From a virus (Duplodnaviria > Caudoviricetes), in IMG/VR virus record IMGVR_UViG_3300032218_000672, positions 1 to 40,334 of that record: DNA of 40,334 nucleotides. The stretch is one strand, 5' to 3'. Positions 19,337-27,163 of the stretch are shown piece after piece (the first letter of the stretch is position 1; each line of letters starts with the position of its first letter). The translations under genes were made by a program, and so were the position numbers. Under the pieces are notes generated by a model. That model made no database searches. It was not told the DNA's origin and saw nothing but the letters and a program-made list of their open reading frames with translations.

Positions 19337-19555
19337 TCAAAACTCCCACACAACTAACGCGGTGTACAGCGCAAGAAGGAACAGAACGTAGGCAACCCAG
19401 CCAGCAATCCGGCGCTGAGAAAACTCAGGCTCAATGCCAAGCAGTGCCATTTGCAGAAGCTCTGCGTCATGGCTCATATGATTTTCTGGAGGAGGGCTGT
19501 ACATACAGCCAATGCGAAGACCAGACTTGGTCGTGAAGGGTAAATGTTTTTCCAA
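19337..19555 (-). CDS. First leftward gene; small protein with C-terminal TM
   Basis: TTG start after AAGGAG; TTKSGLRIGCMY motif; C-terminal hydrophobic helix. Confidence 0.6.
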   Translation of the reverse strand: MEKHLPFTTKSGLRIGCMYSPPPENHMSHDAELLQMALLGIEPEFSQRRIAGWVAYVLFLLALYTALVVWEF

Positions 19556-19593
19556 TTGATTCTCCTTAACCGCCGTATCGGCGTGCACGAATC

Positions 19594-19665
19594 TTAACAC
19601 GTAGTTAAAAACAAATACAATACATTCCCGAGTGAAACGTGGGGTTTCTTTTAATTCCAAGTTAA
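19594..19665. promoter_or_regulatory. Divergent control region with three AAC-N5-GTT operator-like palindromes
   Basis: TTAAC-acgta-GTTAA (19594), GAAAC-gtggg-GTTTC (19634), TTAAT-tccaa-GTTAA (19651, one mismatch); TATACT at 19668-19673. Confidence 0.65.
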
Positions 19666-19691
19666 TGTATACTTGCCGCTAAGGAATAACA

Positions 19692-19898
19692 ATGATGACA
19701 TTGCAAGAGTATTTTTCGACGGAGCCGTTGGGCGCACGGGGTGAGATGGCAGAGTATCTGGGCATCAGCCTGACGTGGTTGTCTCTGCTCATTCACGAGC
19801 GTAGAACAGCATCTGCCGCACTGGCCGTCAAGATTGAAAAAGCAACGCAAGGGTTAGTCACTAGAAAAGACTTGCGTCCTGATTTGTTTTTCGTGTAA
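19692..19898 (+). CDS. Cro/YdaS-like HTH transcriptional regulator
   Basis: MAEYLGISLTWLS HTH; IEKATQGLVTRKDLRPDLF signature; lies upstream of the initiator. Confidence 0.85.
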   Translation: MMTLQEYFSTEPLGARGEMAEYLGISLTWLSLLIHERRTASAALAVKIEKATQGLVTRKDLRPDLFFV

Positions 19899-19906
19899 CA
19901 TATTTT

Positions 19907-19982
19907 GAAACCCGGCTAGGTAGGGCTTGATCACCCTACCGAAAAGCGAACACCCCCCGCCTGCCGCAGTTTCTTTAGGGGG
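19907..19982 (+). ncRNA. Candidate structured cis-regulatory RNA upstream of the replication initiator
   Basis: Nested pairings GAAAC/GTTTC, CGGC/GCCG, GTAGGG/CCCTAC, GCG/CGC; the C-rich loop is complementary to downstream GGGGG. Confidence 0.45.
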
Positions 19983-19999
19983 AAAATTTGGGGCGTGCA

Positions 20000-20782
20000 A
20001 TGCACTACTATCAGTTCAGCATCGGCGACTATCGCGCCGCGACAGCTCATCTGTCAAACGACGAGGATCTTGCTTATCGCAGGCTTCTTGACATGTACTA
20101 CGACACAGAAAAAAAAATCCCATTGGATACCCAGTGGGTTGCCAGACGCTTGCGTGTCGATACCAAGGTGGTTAACTCTGTGTTGGCAGATATGTTTGAA
20201 AAACAAGAGGACGGCTGGTTCCATGCCCGTTGCCAAGAAGTGATTGGGCACTATCACGCTATGGCCGATAAAAACAGGGCTAACGGTAAATTAGGTGGTC
20301 GTAGAAAGAACCCAGTGGGTAACCCAGTGGGATCCGACTCGCAACCCATCGCTAAGGCAACTAATAACCAAGAACTATTAACCAGTATTACAGTATCTAA
20401 AGATACTGTTCGTCCGCCAACAGGCGAACCTGATGAAAAACAGAATTTGAAAATACTTGGTTGTGACCACAAGGGTGTTCTGTCTCTGTATCACACCACC
20501 TTGCCAAACCTGCCTCACATCGAGATCTGGAACGACACTCGTGCTGGCTACCTGAGACAAAGGTGGAGAGAGGTTGCGATTGACCTGTCAAAGAACGGGC
20601 CAGTCAGCCACGCTGACATGCTGGAATGGTGGAAGAACTTCTTCGAGCACATTCGCAGTTCTAAGTTCTTGACTGGCAAAACCCAATCAAAGGACAAACC
20701 ACCTTTCTTGGCTGATCTTGAATGGATCATCAAACCAACAAACTTCGCAAAAATCATTGAAGGCAAATACCATAGGGACTGA
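20000..20782 (+). CDS. Replication initiator, YdaU/DUF1376 family (lambda O-like position)
   Basis: MHYYQFSIGDY...LAYRRLLDMYY, NGKLGGR, and C-terminal ADLEWIIKPTNFAKIIEGKY. Confidence 0.85.
   Translation: MHYYQFSIGDYRAATAHLSNDEDLAYRRLLDMYYDTEKKIPLDTQWVARRLRVDTKVVNSVLADMFEKQEDGWFHARCQEVIGHYHAMADKNRANGKLGGRRKNPVGNPVGSDSQPIAKATNNQELLTSITVSKDTVRPPTGEPDEKQNLKILGCDHKGVLSLYHTTLPNLPHIEIWNDTRAGYLRQRWREVAIDLSKNGPVSHADMLEWWKNFFEHIRSSKFLTGKTQSKDKPPFLADLEWIIKPTNFAKIIEGKYHRD
20117..20409. repeat. Putative replication origin: ACCCAGTGGG iterons plus AT-rich tract inside the initiator gene
   Basis: ACCCAGTGGG at 20129, 20310 and 20322; degenerate copy at 20117; ACAGTATCT-aa-AGATACTGT inverted repeat at 20390-20409. 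Confidence 0.6.
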
Positions 20783-20784
20783 TC

Positions 20785-21201
20785 ATGGCACTTAACAACT
20801 TTTCAAAATTCAACAAAATTGAAGCTGTCGACGACGGCCCAAACAACCACGACTGCTTTGCCAATGGTTGCCCCATGGCCGGCGGCATCTCAACTGGTGG
20901 CCGCTGGGTCTGCGCCTACCACCACCAAGCCACCCCGGATCTGTGGCCCCGCGTGACTGAGGCTTTACGTGACAGCGAAGACATCCGAGTTGCCATCAAT
21001 GAAGTCATGAAAATTGACATGATCTCTTGGGGGTCAGCGGTCAACGGCTATCCAGCTAAGTGGCAAGAGTTTGCCGCTCTGTTTGACCACAAGCCTGACC
21101 TACAGCCTACAGAGCACGAGAGAATCCGCAAAACAAAGTACGAGTACCGCCTACGCAATGAGCTGGCAATCAATGCAGGATTGGCAAGGAGAAAAGCATG
21201 A
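20785..21201 (+). CDS. Hypothetical protein with C-x4-C...C-xx-H cluster
   Basis: CFANGCP...WVCAYHH; immediately downstream of the initiator. Confidence 0.65.
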   Translation: MALNNFSKFNKIEAVDDGPNNHDCFANGCPMAGGISTGGRWVCAYHHQATPDLWPRVTEALRDSEDIRVAINEVMKIDMISWGSAVNGYPAKWQEFAALFDHKPDLQPTEHERIRKTKYEYRLRNELAINAGLARRKA

Positions 21202-21530
21202 ATAAAAATTTAATTGAAACAGTTGAAAGTTTAGGCGGTACTGCCTTAATGGGCGGCATCCTTATTCAATTTTCTGACACGGCTTTTGAGCAAGCCTTAA
21301 AAAAAATGTACGAAGCTGGCGTTGAGGCTGAGCGTGAGGTGTCAGAGCGTAAATTCATGCGGTTGCAAAGCCTGATAGACATACGAGAGACACAACCAAA
21401 CAAGCCTTGCTGTCTTGCCGAGCGTGAAGCGTGTGCAAAGGTGTGTGAGGAACAGATGCAAGGCAAATCAATTTGGATAGAGGGCGCAAGAGCGTGTTCA
21501 TTAGCCATCCGAGCAAGGGGACAGGAGTGA
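21198..21530 (+). CDS. Hypothetical nin-region protein
   Basis: AEREACAKVCE...AIRARG motif; ATGA coupling and AGGAG RBS. Confidence 0.65.
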   Translation: MNKNLIETVESLGGTALMGGILIQFSDTAFEQALKKMYEAGVEAEREVSERKFMRLQSLIDIRETQPNKPCCLAEREACAKVCEEQMQGKSIWIEGARACSLAIRARGQE

Positions 21531-21745
21531 CCAAAAGTGAAGCCCAAAAAATCCTCGACGAAATCCGTAGTGGGTTTGGTCATGACTACACCGAGGCTTG
21601 CACCCTCGAATGTCTCAATCTCACAGGAGACCTTGGAACACATGAAACAATGCGAAGCCCGGGAATGGATGAGCCGATACGAGAAGAAGGCTATCGAGCG
21701 CGGCTCAGGCAACGCGCAATTATGGTGGCAAGGAGTAAAGAGTGA
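21527..21745 (+). CDS. Hypothetical protein
   Basis: GTG start overlapping the upstream TGA; MTKSEAQKILDEIRSG...LTGDL. Confidence 0.5.
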   Translation: MTKSEAQKILDEIRSGFGHDYTEACTLECLNLTGDLGTHETMRSPGMDEPIREEGYRARLRQRAIMVARSKE

Positions 21746-21836
21746 CATTGAGAAGCGACGCGGCCACGAAGCAATGAATGACCTAGTAAACCGAATGAAA
21801 AAGGAGCGAGAAAATGGCAAAAGTAGAACTCAGTGA
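21642..21836 (+). CDS. Hypothetical protein
   Basis: AGGAG RBS at about 21625; MKQCEAREW...IEKRRG; alternative TTG start at 21633. Confidence 0.55.
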   Translation: MKQCEAREWMSRYEKKAIERGSGNAQLWWQGVKSDIEKRRGHEAMNDLVNRMKKERENGKSRTQ

Positions 21837-22062
21837 TTTTCAACGAAAGTTTTTTGCGAGAGGCACTGGACAGGAGTTGTTTACAGCAAAAGAATTTGAA
21901 GAGGGTTTGGCACAAGCTAAGGCCGAGATCATGGCCGTGGCCATACAAACGACCAAGCAGGCTATTGGCATCGAACGTGAAGCATGCGCGCAGATCGCTG
22001 ATCACTTTGAGTTGCCAGATTTGGCGCACGCCATACGAACAAGGATGCACCGTGCGGATTGA
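21814..22062 (+). CDS. Hypothetical nin-region protein
   Basis: AAGGAG RBS; EREACA...AIR motif. Confidence 0.65.
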   Translation: MAKVELSDFQRKFFARGTGQELFTAKEFEEGLAQAKAEIMAVAIQTTKQAIGIEREACAQIADHFELPDLAHAIRTRMHRAD

Positions 22063-22405
22063 GTTGGACTTTCCGCCGGCGGAACTCTTTCCCAACCGGG
22101 CCAAGGGCACACACTGGGGCAGGCTCTACCAACTGCGCTCGGACTACCGTGAGGGCAGTACATGGTTAGCCAAACACCAGCTTAAAGGTTGGAAGCATGC
22201 TGGCGGCGACATAAGGCTCACCATTACGTTTGAGATGCCTGATAAGCGCAAAAGGGACGCGGACAACTGCCTTGCCGCGGCCAAGGGAGCGCTTGACGGT
22301 TTAGCTGATGCAATGCTTGTCAACGATCAGTTTTTTCAACCAATTTTGATTTACAGAACAGCCGGCGCCAAGCCCGGCAAACTTATTGTGGAGGTCGAGC
22401 AATGA
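22052..22405 (+). CDS. rusA: RusA-like Holliday junction resolvase
   Basis: GTG start after AAGGA; PDKRKRDADNCLAAAKGALDGLADAMLVND catalytic Asp/Lys pattern. Confidence 0.8.
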   Translation: MRIELDFPPAELFPNRAKGTHWGRLYQLRSDYREGSTWLAKHQLKGWKHAGGDIRLTITFEMPDKRKRDADNCLAAAKGALDGLADAMLVNDQFFQPILIYRTAGAKPGKLIVEVEQ

Positions 22406-23148
22406 ACCCTATGCTTTCCGTCATGATGATCAGCTACAACAGCGTGCAATTCATCAAGGCCGCAATCGACAGCGTAAAGGCGCAAACATACGAAAATTGG
22501 GAGCTGGTCATTAACGATGACTGCTCGAGCGATGGCACGTACGAGCTGGCCCAGAAGCTGGCTGAGAGCGATTCACGCATCAAGGTGTATCAAAACGAGA
22601 CAAACCTTATGACGCCCCGCAACAGGGCCGCGGCGTCTAAGCACCTGACGGGCGATCTGATTGGCCACTTAGACGCTGACGACATGCTCTACCCGCATGC
22701 CATCGAGTACGCCGTAAAAGCCTTGAATGACAACCCGGACGTGGTGCTGGTCTACTCCGACACCGCCGGCATCAACTCGAAGGGCAAGATCACGGGCTAC
22801 AACTTGCACACAGACGCAGACTCAAACTTGGCCTACTTTGGCTGGCGCCCGTTTGGCGTGTTCCGCATGTCGGTGTTCAAAGAAACGCAGGGCTACAACA
22901 CCAAGCTCACAGGCGGGTGCGAGGACGGCGACTTGTTTATGCAGATTGTTGATGGTCGCAAGTTTATGCGCGTCCCTCACGTCCTGTACTACCACCGTTC
23001 GCACGAGACCAACACCAGCCCCAAAAACCATTCATGCGGGACGTGCCCCGACCGCCCCATATGCAACTACATCAAGGTATGGAGCAAGCACGCAAATTTT
23101 GATTACTTGACGTTTACCCCGTTAGAAAAACCAGAGGAGAAGAAATGA
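22402..23148 (+). CDS. Glycosyltransferase family 2
   Basis: SVMMISYN, SV.AQTY.NWELVINDDCSSD, LDADD (DxD), EDGDL motifs. Confidence 0.9.
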   Translation: MNPMLSVMMISYNSVQFIKAAIDSVKAQTYENWELVINDDCSSDGTYELAQKLAESDSRIKVYQNETNLMTPRNRAAASKHLTGDLIGHLDADDMLYPHAIEYAVKALNDNPDVVLVYSDTAGINSKGKITGYNLHTDADSNLAYFGWRPFGVFRMSVFKETQGYNTKLTGGCEDGDLFMQIVDGRKFMRVPHVLYYHRSHETNTSPKNHSCGTCPDRPICNYIKVWSKHANFDYLTFTPLEKPEEKK

Positions 23149-23498
23149 GCGAAAAACTTATTGATCCACAAGCCGCAGTCGATTTCATGATTGCCAAGTC
23201 CGCCGAGTACGCCCACGCTGAGGCGACTAAGGTGTACATGGAAGAGCTGAGGAAGACCATTAAGGCCGAGGAGATGAAGAACGCCGAGATCTATGGCAAT
23301 GGTGAGTACAAGACCGCCGCCATGCAAGAGCGCGAAGCATACGCATCCCCGCGCTACAGAGAGCACCTAGAAGCCCTCAGACAGGCCGTAGAGGAGCGCG
23401 AGCGCCTTCGGTGGATGCTGATAGCCGCGCAGGAAAGAATCGCCGTATGGCGCTCTCAAGAGGCTTCTAATCGCAACATCGACAGGGCCACCCTGTGA
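23145..23498 (+). CDS. Helical hypothetical protein
   Basis: 117 aa coiled coil; GAGGAG RBS; ATGA coupling. Confidence 0.65.
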   Translation: MSEKLIDPQAAVDFMIAKSAEYAHAEATKVYMEELRKTIKAEEMKNAEIYGNGEYKTAAMQEREAYASPRYREHLEALRQAVEERERLRWMLIAAQERIAVWRSQEASNRNIDRATL

Positions 23499-23767
23499 AC
23501 AACACCCTTACGGCAAAAGAGAAGGCCTACATCGGGCTGGTGAAGGAGCTCCCCTGCTCTGTGTGCGACCAAGAGGGGCCCAGCGACGCGCACCACGTCA
23601 AACAGCATAGGCAGTACACCGTCATAGCCCTGTGCAAGTCCTGCCACCAAGGGAGCAAGATGGGCTGGCACGGGGAGAGGCGCGCATGGGCCATAGCCAA
23701 GATGGGGGAGATCGACGCCTTGAACATCACCGTGAAGCGGGTTATGGAGCTGTTATTTCACAAATAA
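23495..23767 (+). CDS. Ref-like / HNH Zn-binding nuclease
   Basis: PCSVC...DAHH...IALCKSCHQG..G.HG. Confidence 0.7.
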   Translation: MNNTLTAKEKAYIGLVKELPCSVCDQEGPSDAHHVKQHRQYTVIALCKSCHQGSKMGWHGERRAWAIAKMGEIDALNITVKRVMELLFHK

Positions 23768-23802
23768 TGTTGTATTTTTGCAAAAACATGCAAAATAAAT
23801 GC

Positions 23803-23847
23803 AAAACCTAGGGTTTGTCCTGATAGATGGCTTTAACTTTAAGTTAA
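23803..23847. promoter_or_regulatory. Operator pair in an AT-rich intergenic region
   Basis: AAAAC-ctagg-GTTTG (23803) and TTAAC-tttaa-GTTAA (23833). Confidence 0.6.
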
Positions 23848-23891
23848 GATAGAGGCACTGCAATAAGCAGGTTACTTGAAAGACAAACATC

Positions 23892-24257
23892 ATGACAACA
23901 GCTACACAGATCCAAGCAGTCGCCGCCGTAGAGTCACTGCTCAACCCCATCGACCAGCTCTTCGTTCTGGATCGCCAACAAAAGACTTTGGCCGCTCAGG
24001 TCAAGACTCTCAAAGACACTATCGCTAACACGTACGACGTGTCCGCCAAAGACGCCGCCGGCAAGATCATTCCACACCGTGGTGAGAAGTACGGCGTGAA
24101 GGTCACCATCGAGAACCGCATCGGTTCTTTGGACGCAGAAGCTGTGCTCAATGCATTGCGCTCTACCAAAGAGTTTGCCGGGCTGACCGAAGAGCAGTTC
24201 AATGCCCAGTTCCGCGGCGAGTCAAGCGCCGTTATCAAAGTTTCAACTACAGCTTAA
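23892..24257 (+). CDS. Hypothetical protein
   Basis: 121 aa; first gene after the intergenic control region. Confidence 0.65.
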   Translation: MTTATQIQAVAAVESLLNPIDQLFVLDRQQKTLAAQVKTLKDTIANTYDVSAKDAAGKIIPHRGEKYGVKVTIENRIGSLDAEAVLNALRSTKEFAGLTEEQFNAQFRGESSAVIKVSTTA

Positions 24258-24267
24258 GGAGCCGGCC

Positions 24268-24429
24268 ATGACCACTTTGTTTAAATTAGAAGAGCATCTC
24301 ATGATGCTATTGGTCGAAGACAAGATCTGCTTTGAAGAGGGCGATTGGGATCGTTTAGAAAGCATTCGTTTGGCAATAGACGACACACGCGATCAGATTG
24401 AATTTTTTAACAAAAAGGTGCCAGCATGA
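24268..24429 (+). CDS. Hypothetical protein
   Basis: AAGGAG RBS; ATG 24268. Confidence 0.55.
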   Translation: MTTLFKLEEHLMMLLVEDKICFEEGDWDRLESIRLAIDDTRDQIEFFNKKVPA

Positions 24430-24617
24430 GCAACGAAATTGAAACATCATTCAACACCGAGGCGGAAGTTCGCGTCAGTGTCGACCAGTACGACGGCGGC
24501 GTGTGGCTGTCCCTGCAAGGGCGCCGCGCAATGATGAGCGCCGTAATGACTCGCACCGAAGCCGAGCAACTGCTGGCCAACCTGCAACTTGTCCTCGCAA
24601 AAGAGGTGGCGGCATGA
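24426..24617 (+). CDS. Hypothetical protein
   Basis: 63 aa; ATGA-coupled. Confidence 0.6.
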   Translation: MSNEIETSFNTEAEVRVSVDQYDGGVWLSLQGRRAMMSAVMTRTEAEQLLANLQLVLAKEVAA

Positions 24618-24769
24618 TCTACACCGTAATCCTAAAAGGCACCAAGAACCACACCTCCGAGCACAAGGTGGTGGCCGAAAGCCCTGACGACGCTATTGAC
24701 TTGGTGCTGGGCAGGGTGCCCTTCGACGTGAGCGAAGTGTGGTGCGAAGACATCCACGAAATTTTATGA
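24614..24769 (+). CDS. Hypothetical protein
   Basis: GAGG RBS; ATGA-coupled on both sides. Confidence 0.55.
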   Translation: MIYTVILKGTKNHTSEHKVVAESPDDAIDLVLGRVPFDVSEVWCEDIHEIL

Positions 24770-24945
24770 GCGAGACTAAAATGAGCGACTACATCAAAGG
24801 GTTCAACGCAGGGGTTGACTGCGTTTTGACCGAAATCGAGCGCCTCGAGAAAATAGCGCCTATAAACCTCGAACAGCTTCTCAAGCACCTTGACCCTCAG
24901 CGCGACCAGAAAACGGCCCAAAAGCCCAATAAAGGGGCTCCATGA
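24766..24945 (+). CDS. Hypothetical protein
   Basis: ATGA-coupled; YIKGFNAG motif. Confidence 0.55.
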   Translation: MSETKMSDYIKGFNAGVDCVLTEIERLEKIAPINLEQLLKHLDPQRDQKTAQKPNKGAP

Positions 24946-25184
24946 GCATGGCTGTGATCAAGAGCGTACGTGTTGCGCTCCGCGGAATACCTGATGGCAT
25001 GACCTTGGAGGAGCTGTCTGAATTGTTAAACCGACCAAGGTGTAACGTCAGGAAGGTTTTAAAGAACATGCCAGACGTGTACATCGACAGGTGGGAAGTG
25101 GCGCCAAGAGGCCAGTACAAGGCCGTTTGGTGCGTGGTTGTACCGCCGAACGATTGCCCAAGGCCCGACGGAAAAAGCGCATGA
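24942..25184 (+). CDS. Small winged-HTH protein
   Basis: DGMTLEELSELLNRPRCNVRKVL HTH; MPDVYIDRW. Confidence 0.65.
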   Translation: MSMAVIKSVRVALRGIPDGMTLEELSELLNRPRCNVRKVLKNMPDVYIDRWEVAPRGQYKAVWCVVVPPNDCPRPDGKSA

Positions 25185-25699
25185 ACTTCAAGACGCCAGA
25201 GGAGCGAAGCGCCATAGCCAAGAGGGCGCACGCCACGCGCAAAGCCAACAAGGAACTGCTTGAAAAGAAAAGGCAGGAAGCGTTGGTCTACCCTGACTGG
25301 CTGAAAATTCAAATTGTGGCACTGGAAACAAGGCTGGCTGAACTGAGCAAGTTTGAGAAGATGAGCGTCGTCTCTGTTGCTTTAACCAACAAAACCTTGC
25401 TTGACGGTGAGCAGATAGCCAAGCTTGCATTACCATGGGAAAAGTCAAGTGGAGTTTATTTTCTGGTGCAAGATCAAGAGGTGGTGTATGTTGGCCAGTC
25501 GGTGAATGTCTATTCTCGGATAGCCCAGCACGTTGACAAAAAGTTTGATAAGTATGCCTTTGTGCCGTGCGAGGCGGAGCTGTTGGATAGGCTAGAGTCG
25601 CTGTACATTCACACTCTAAAGCCCCGTCTCAATGGCAATTTTAACAAGCAGGAAAAGAGCGCGCCAATACGTTTGGACAAGCTTTTAACTTTAATTTAA
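25181..25699 (+). CDS. GIY-YIG nuclease-domain protein with N-terminal coiled coil
   Basis: SGVYFL...VVYVGQS.N...RI..H...LE..YI...KPRLN. Confidence 0.8.
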   Translation: MNFKTPEERSAIAKRAHATRKANKELLEKKRQEALVYPDWLKIQIVALETRLAELSKFEKMSVVSVALTNKTLLDGEQIAKLALPWEKSSGVYFLVQDQEVVYVGQSVNVYSRIAQHVDKKFDKYAFVPCEAELLDRLESLYIHTLKPRLNGNFNKQEKSAPIRLDKLLTLI

Positions 25700-25711
25700 A
25701 GAGAACAACGA

Positions 25712-26578
25712 ATGAGCGATCCCTACAAAATCATTGAGCCAACCTGCATCAGTTTTTCTGGCGGCAGGACGAGCGCTTACATGCTCTATCGGGTTTTGGA
25801 GGCTAACGACATGCGCCTGCCAGAGGGGGCAATCGTTTGTTTTGCCAATACGGGCAAAGAGGACGAGGCAACACTTAAGTTTGTGCAAGACTGTTCCGTA
25901 AACTGGAACGTCGAAATTCACTGGCTAGAGTGGCGCAACAACGATTTGGGTTACGAGCGCGTCACATTTGAAACAGCCAGCCGAAATGGTGAGCCGTTTA
26001 TGGACATGTGCATTAAACGTAAAGCCTTGCCAAACGGGTTTATGCGGTTTTGCACAAAGGAATTAAAAATTGATGTTGTTCACAAGTACATCAAAGATGT
26101 CGGAATTGGAACTATTGATAACCCATGCGCTCAAATGGTGGGCATTCGTTCTGACGAGCAAAGGCGTGTTGCCAAAATGAGGGGTAAAAGTGGAGCTGAC
26201 CATAAAAAAGATTGGATTGGTGATTTTTTAGTACCACTAGCCGATGCCGGCGTTGTTTCGACACATGTTGGCGAGTTCTGGGAAAAACAGCCGTTCAATC
26301 TGCAAACCCCGATGTACAACGGAAAAAGCTTTCATTCAAATTGTGATTTGTGTTTTCATAAGCCCGTTGCCCAGTTGGTTTCCCTTGTACGTGAGAAGCC
26401 AGAGAGGGCCGTTTGGTGGGTGGAGATGGAAAAGTACGCTAAAGACAACTTCGCCAAGAGCGTCGTTCACTTTTCAAGAGACCATCCTCCGTACGAGCAG
26501 ATTGCCAAATATGCATTTGATCAACGAGATATGTTTGACCAAGACGAAGAGGCCATCGCCTGCTTCTGTGGGGAATAA
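25712..26578 (+). CDS. PAPS reductase-family (PP-loop) protein
   Basis: SFSGGRTS, FANTGKE, RFCTKELK, GIRSDE..R, NCDLCFHK, terminal CFCG. Confidence 0.85.
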   Translation: MSDPYKIIEPTCISFSGGRTSAYMLYRVLEANDMRLPEGAIVCFANTGKEDEATLKFVQDCSVNWNVEIHWLEWRNNDLGYERVTFETASRNGEPFMDMCIKRKALPNGFMRFCTKELKIDVVHKYIKDVGIGTIDNPCAQMVGIRSDEQRRVAKMRGKSGADHKKDWIGDFLVPLADAGVVSTHVGEFWEKQPFNLQTPMYNGKSFHSNCDLCFHKPVAQLVSLVREKPERAVWWVEMEKYAKDNFAKSVVHFSRDHPPYEQIAKYAFDQRDMFDQDEEAIACFCGE

Positions 26579-26590
26579 AAGGAGAAAATT

Positions 26591-26740
26591 ATGGATGACG
26601 ACGACATTCAGGATTATGTGCGCCCTTGGATAGGGCTGACGGATGATGAGGTTTACAAAATAGCTTTTGCTTTAGAGGGTGAGCATTGGAGAAAAATTGC
26701 AGACGCCATTGAAGCCAAACTCAAGGAGAAAAACACATGA
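26591..26740 (+). CDS. 49-aa hypothetical protein (absent from the ORF track)
   Basis: AAGGAG RBS; WIGLTDDE...AIEAKLKEKNT; ATGA overlap with the next gene. Confidence 0.7.
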   Translation: MDDDDIQDYVRPWIGLTDDEVYKIAFALEGEHWRKIADAIEAKLKEKNT

Positions 26741-26940
26741 GCGAAGCAGAATTAAATATCTGGGAAAAGGCGCTGGGCTGGCGCAAAAGGCAGATGATCC
26801 AACGCCAGCTCGATCCCATCTCAAACAAGATCCGCAACGACGCTTTGGAAGAGGTGGCAAGAGAATTTGAGAAGATGCATGCCTTTGAGAAGGACACCGT
26901 GGCAAGCTTTGCCGCCTACGTACGAGGGCTCAAGCGATGA
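26737..26940 (+). CDS. Hypothetical protein
   Basis: AAGGAG RBS; RNDALEEVA motif. Confidence 0.65.
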   Translation: MSEAELNIWEKALGWRKRQMIQRQLDPISNKIRNDALEEVAREFEKMHAFEKDTVASFAAYVRGLKR

Positions 26941-27110
26941 CGGAAACCGTAGAGAAGACCGTTAAAGAGCTGGAAGAGCGCATACAGGAGCTGGAGTCCA
27001 AGCTCAAGCACGCCACGGTAAAGGCCGCAAAGCTGGAAATCCAAAACAAAGAATATAAGCTCACCATCAAGGACATGGATCGAAGGATCATGAGGGGATT
27101 GAAAGACTGA
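26937..27110 (+). CDS. 57-aa coiled-coil protein (absent from the ORF track)
   Basis: MTETVEKTVKELEERIQELESKL...GLKD*; ATGA-coupled. Confidence 0.6.
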   Translation: MTETVEKTVKELEERIQELESKLKHATVKAAKLEIQNKEYKLTIKDMDRRIMRGLKD

Positions 27111-27112
27111 CG

Positions 27113-27151
27113 TTGCACATAGAACGAAAGATCCGTTAAACTTTGGGTTAA
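27113..27151 (+). promoter_or_regulatory. Candidate promoter for packaging genes with overlapping operator
   Basis: TTGCAC-N18-TAAACT; TAAAC-tttgg-GTTAA at 27137-27151 abuts the AAGGAG RBS. Confidence 0.45.
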
Positions 27152-27163
27152 AGGAGTTCAGCA

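Noticed and set aside
19907-19973. Hammerhead ribozyme (CGAAA junction) or tRNA
   Set aside because: No CUGANGA core in the right place; no cloverleaf or T-loop.
25712-26578. Complete Dnd phosphorothioation system or sulfur auxiliary pathway
   Set aside because: No DndA/B/D/E, cysteine desulfurase or other cys genes in the window.
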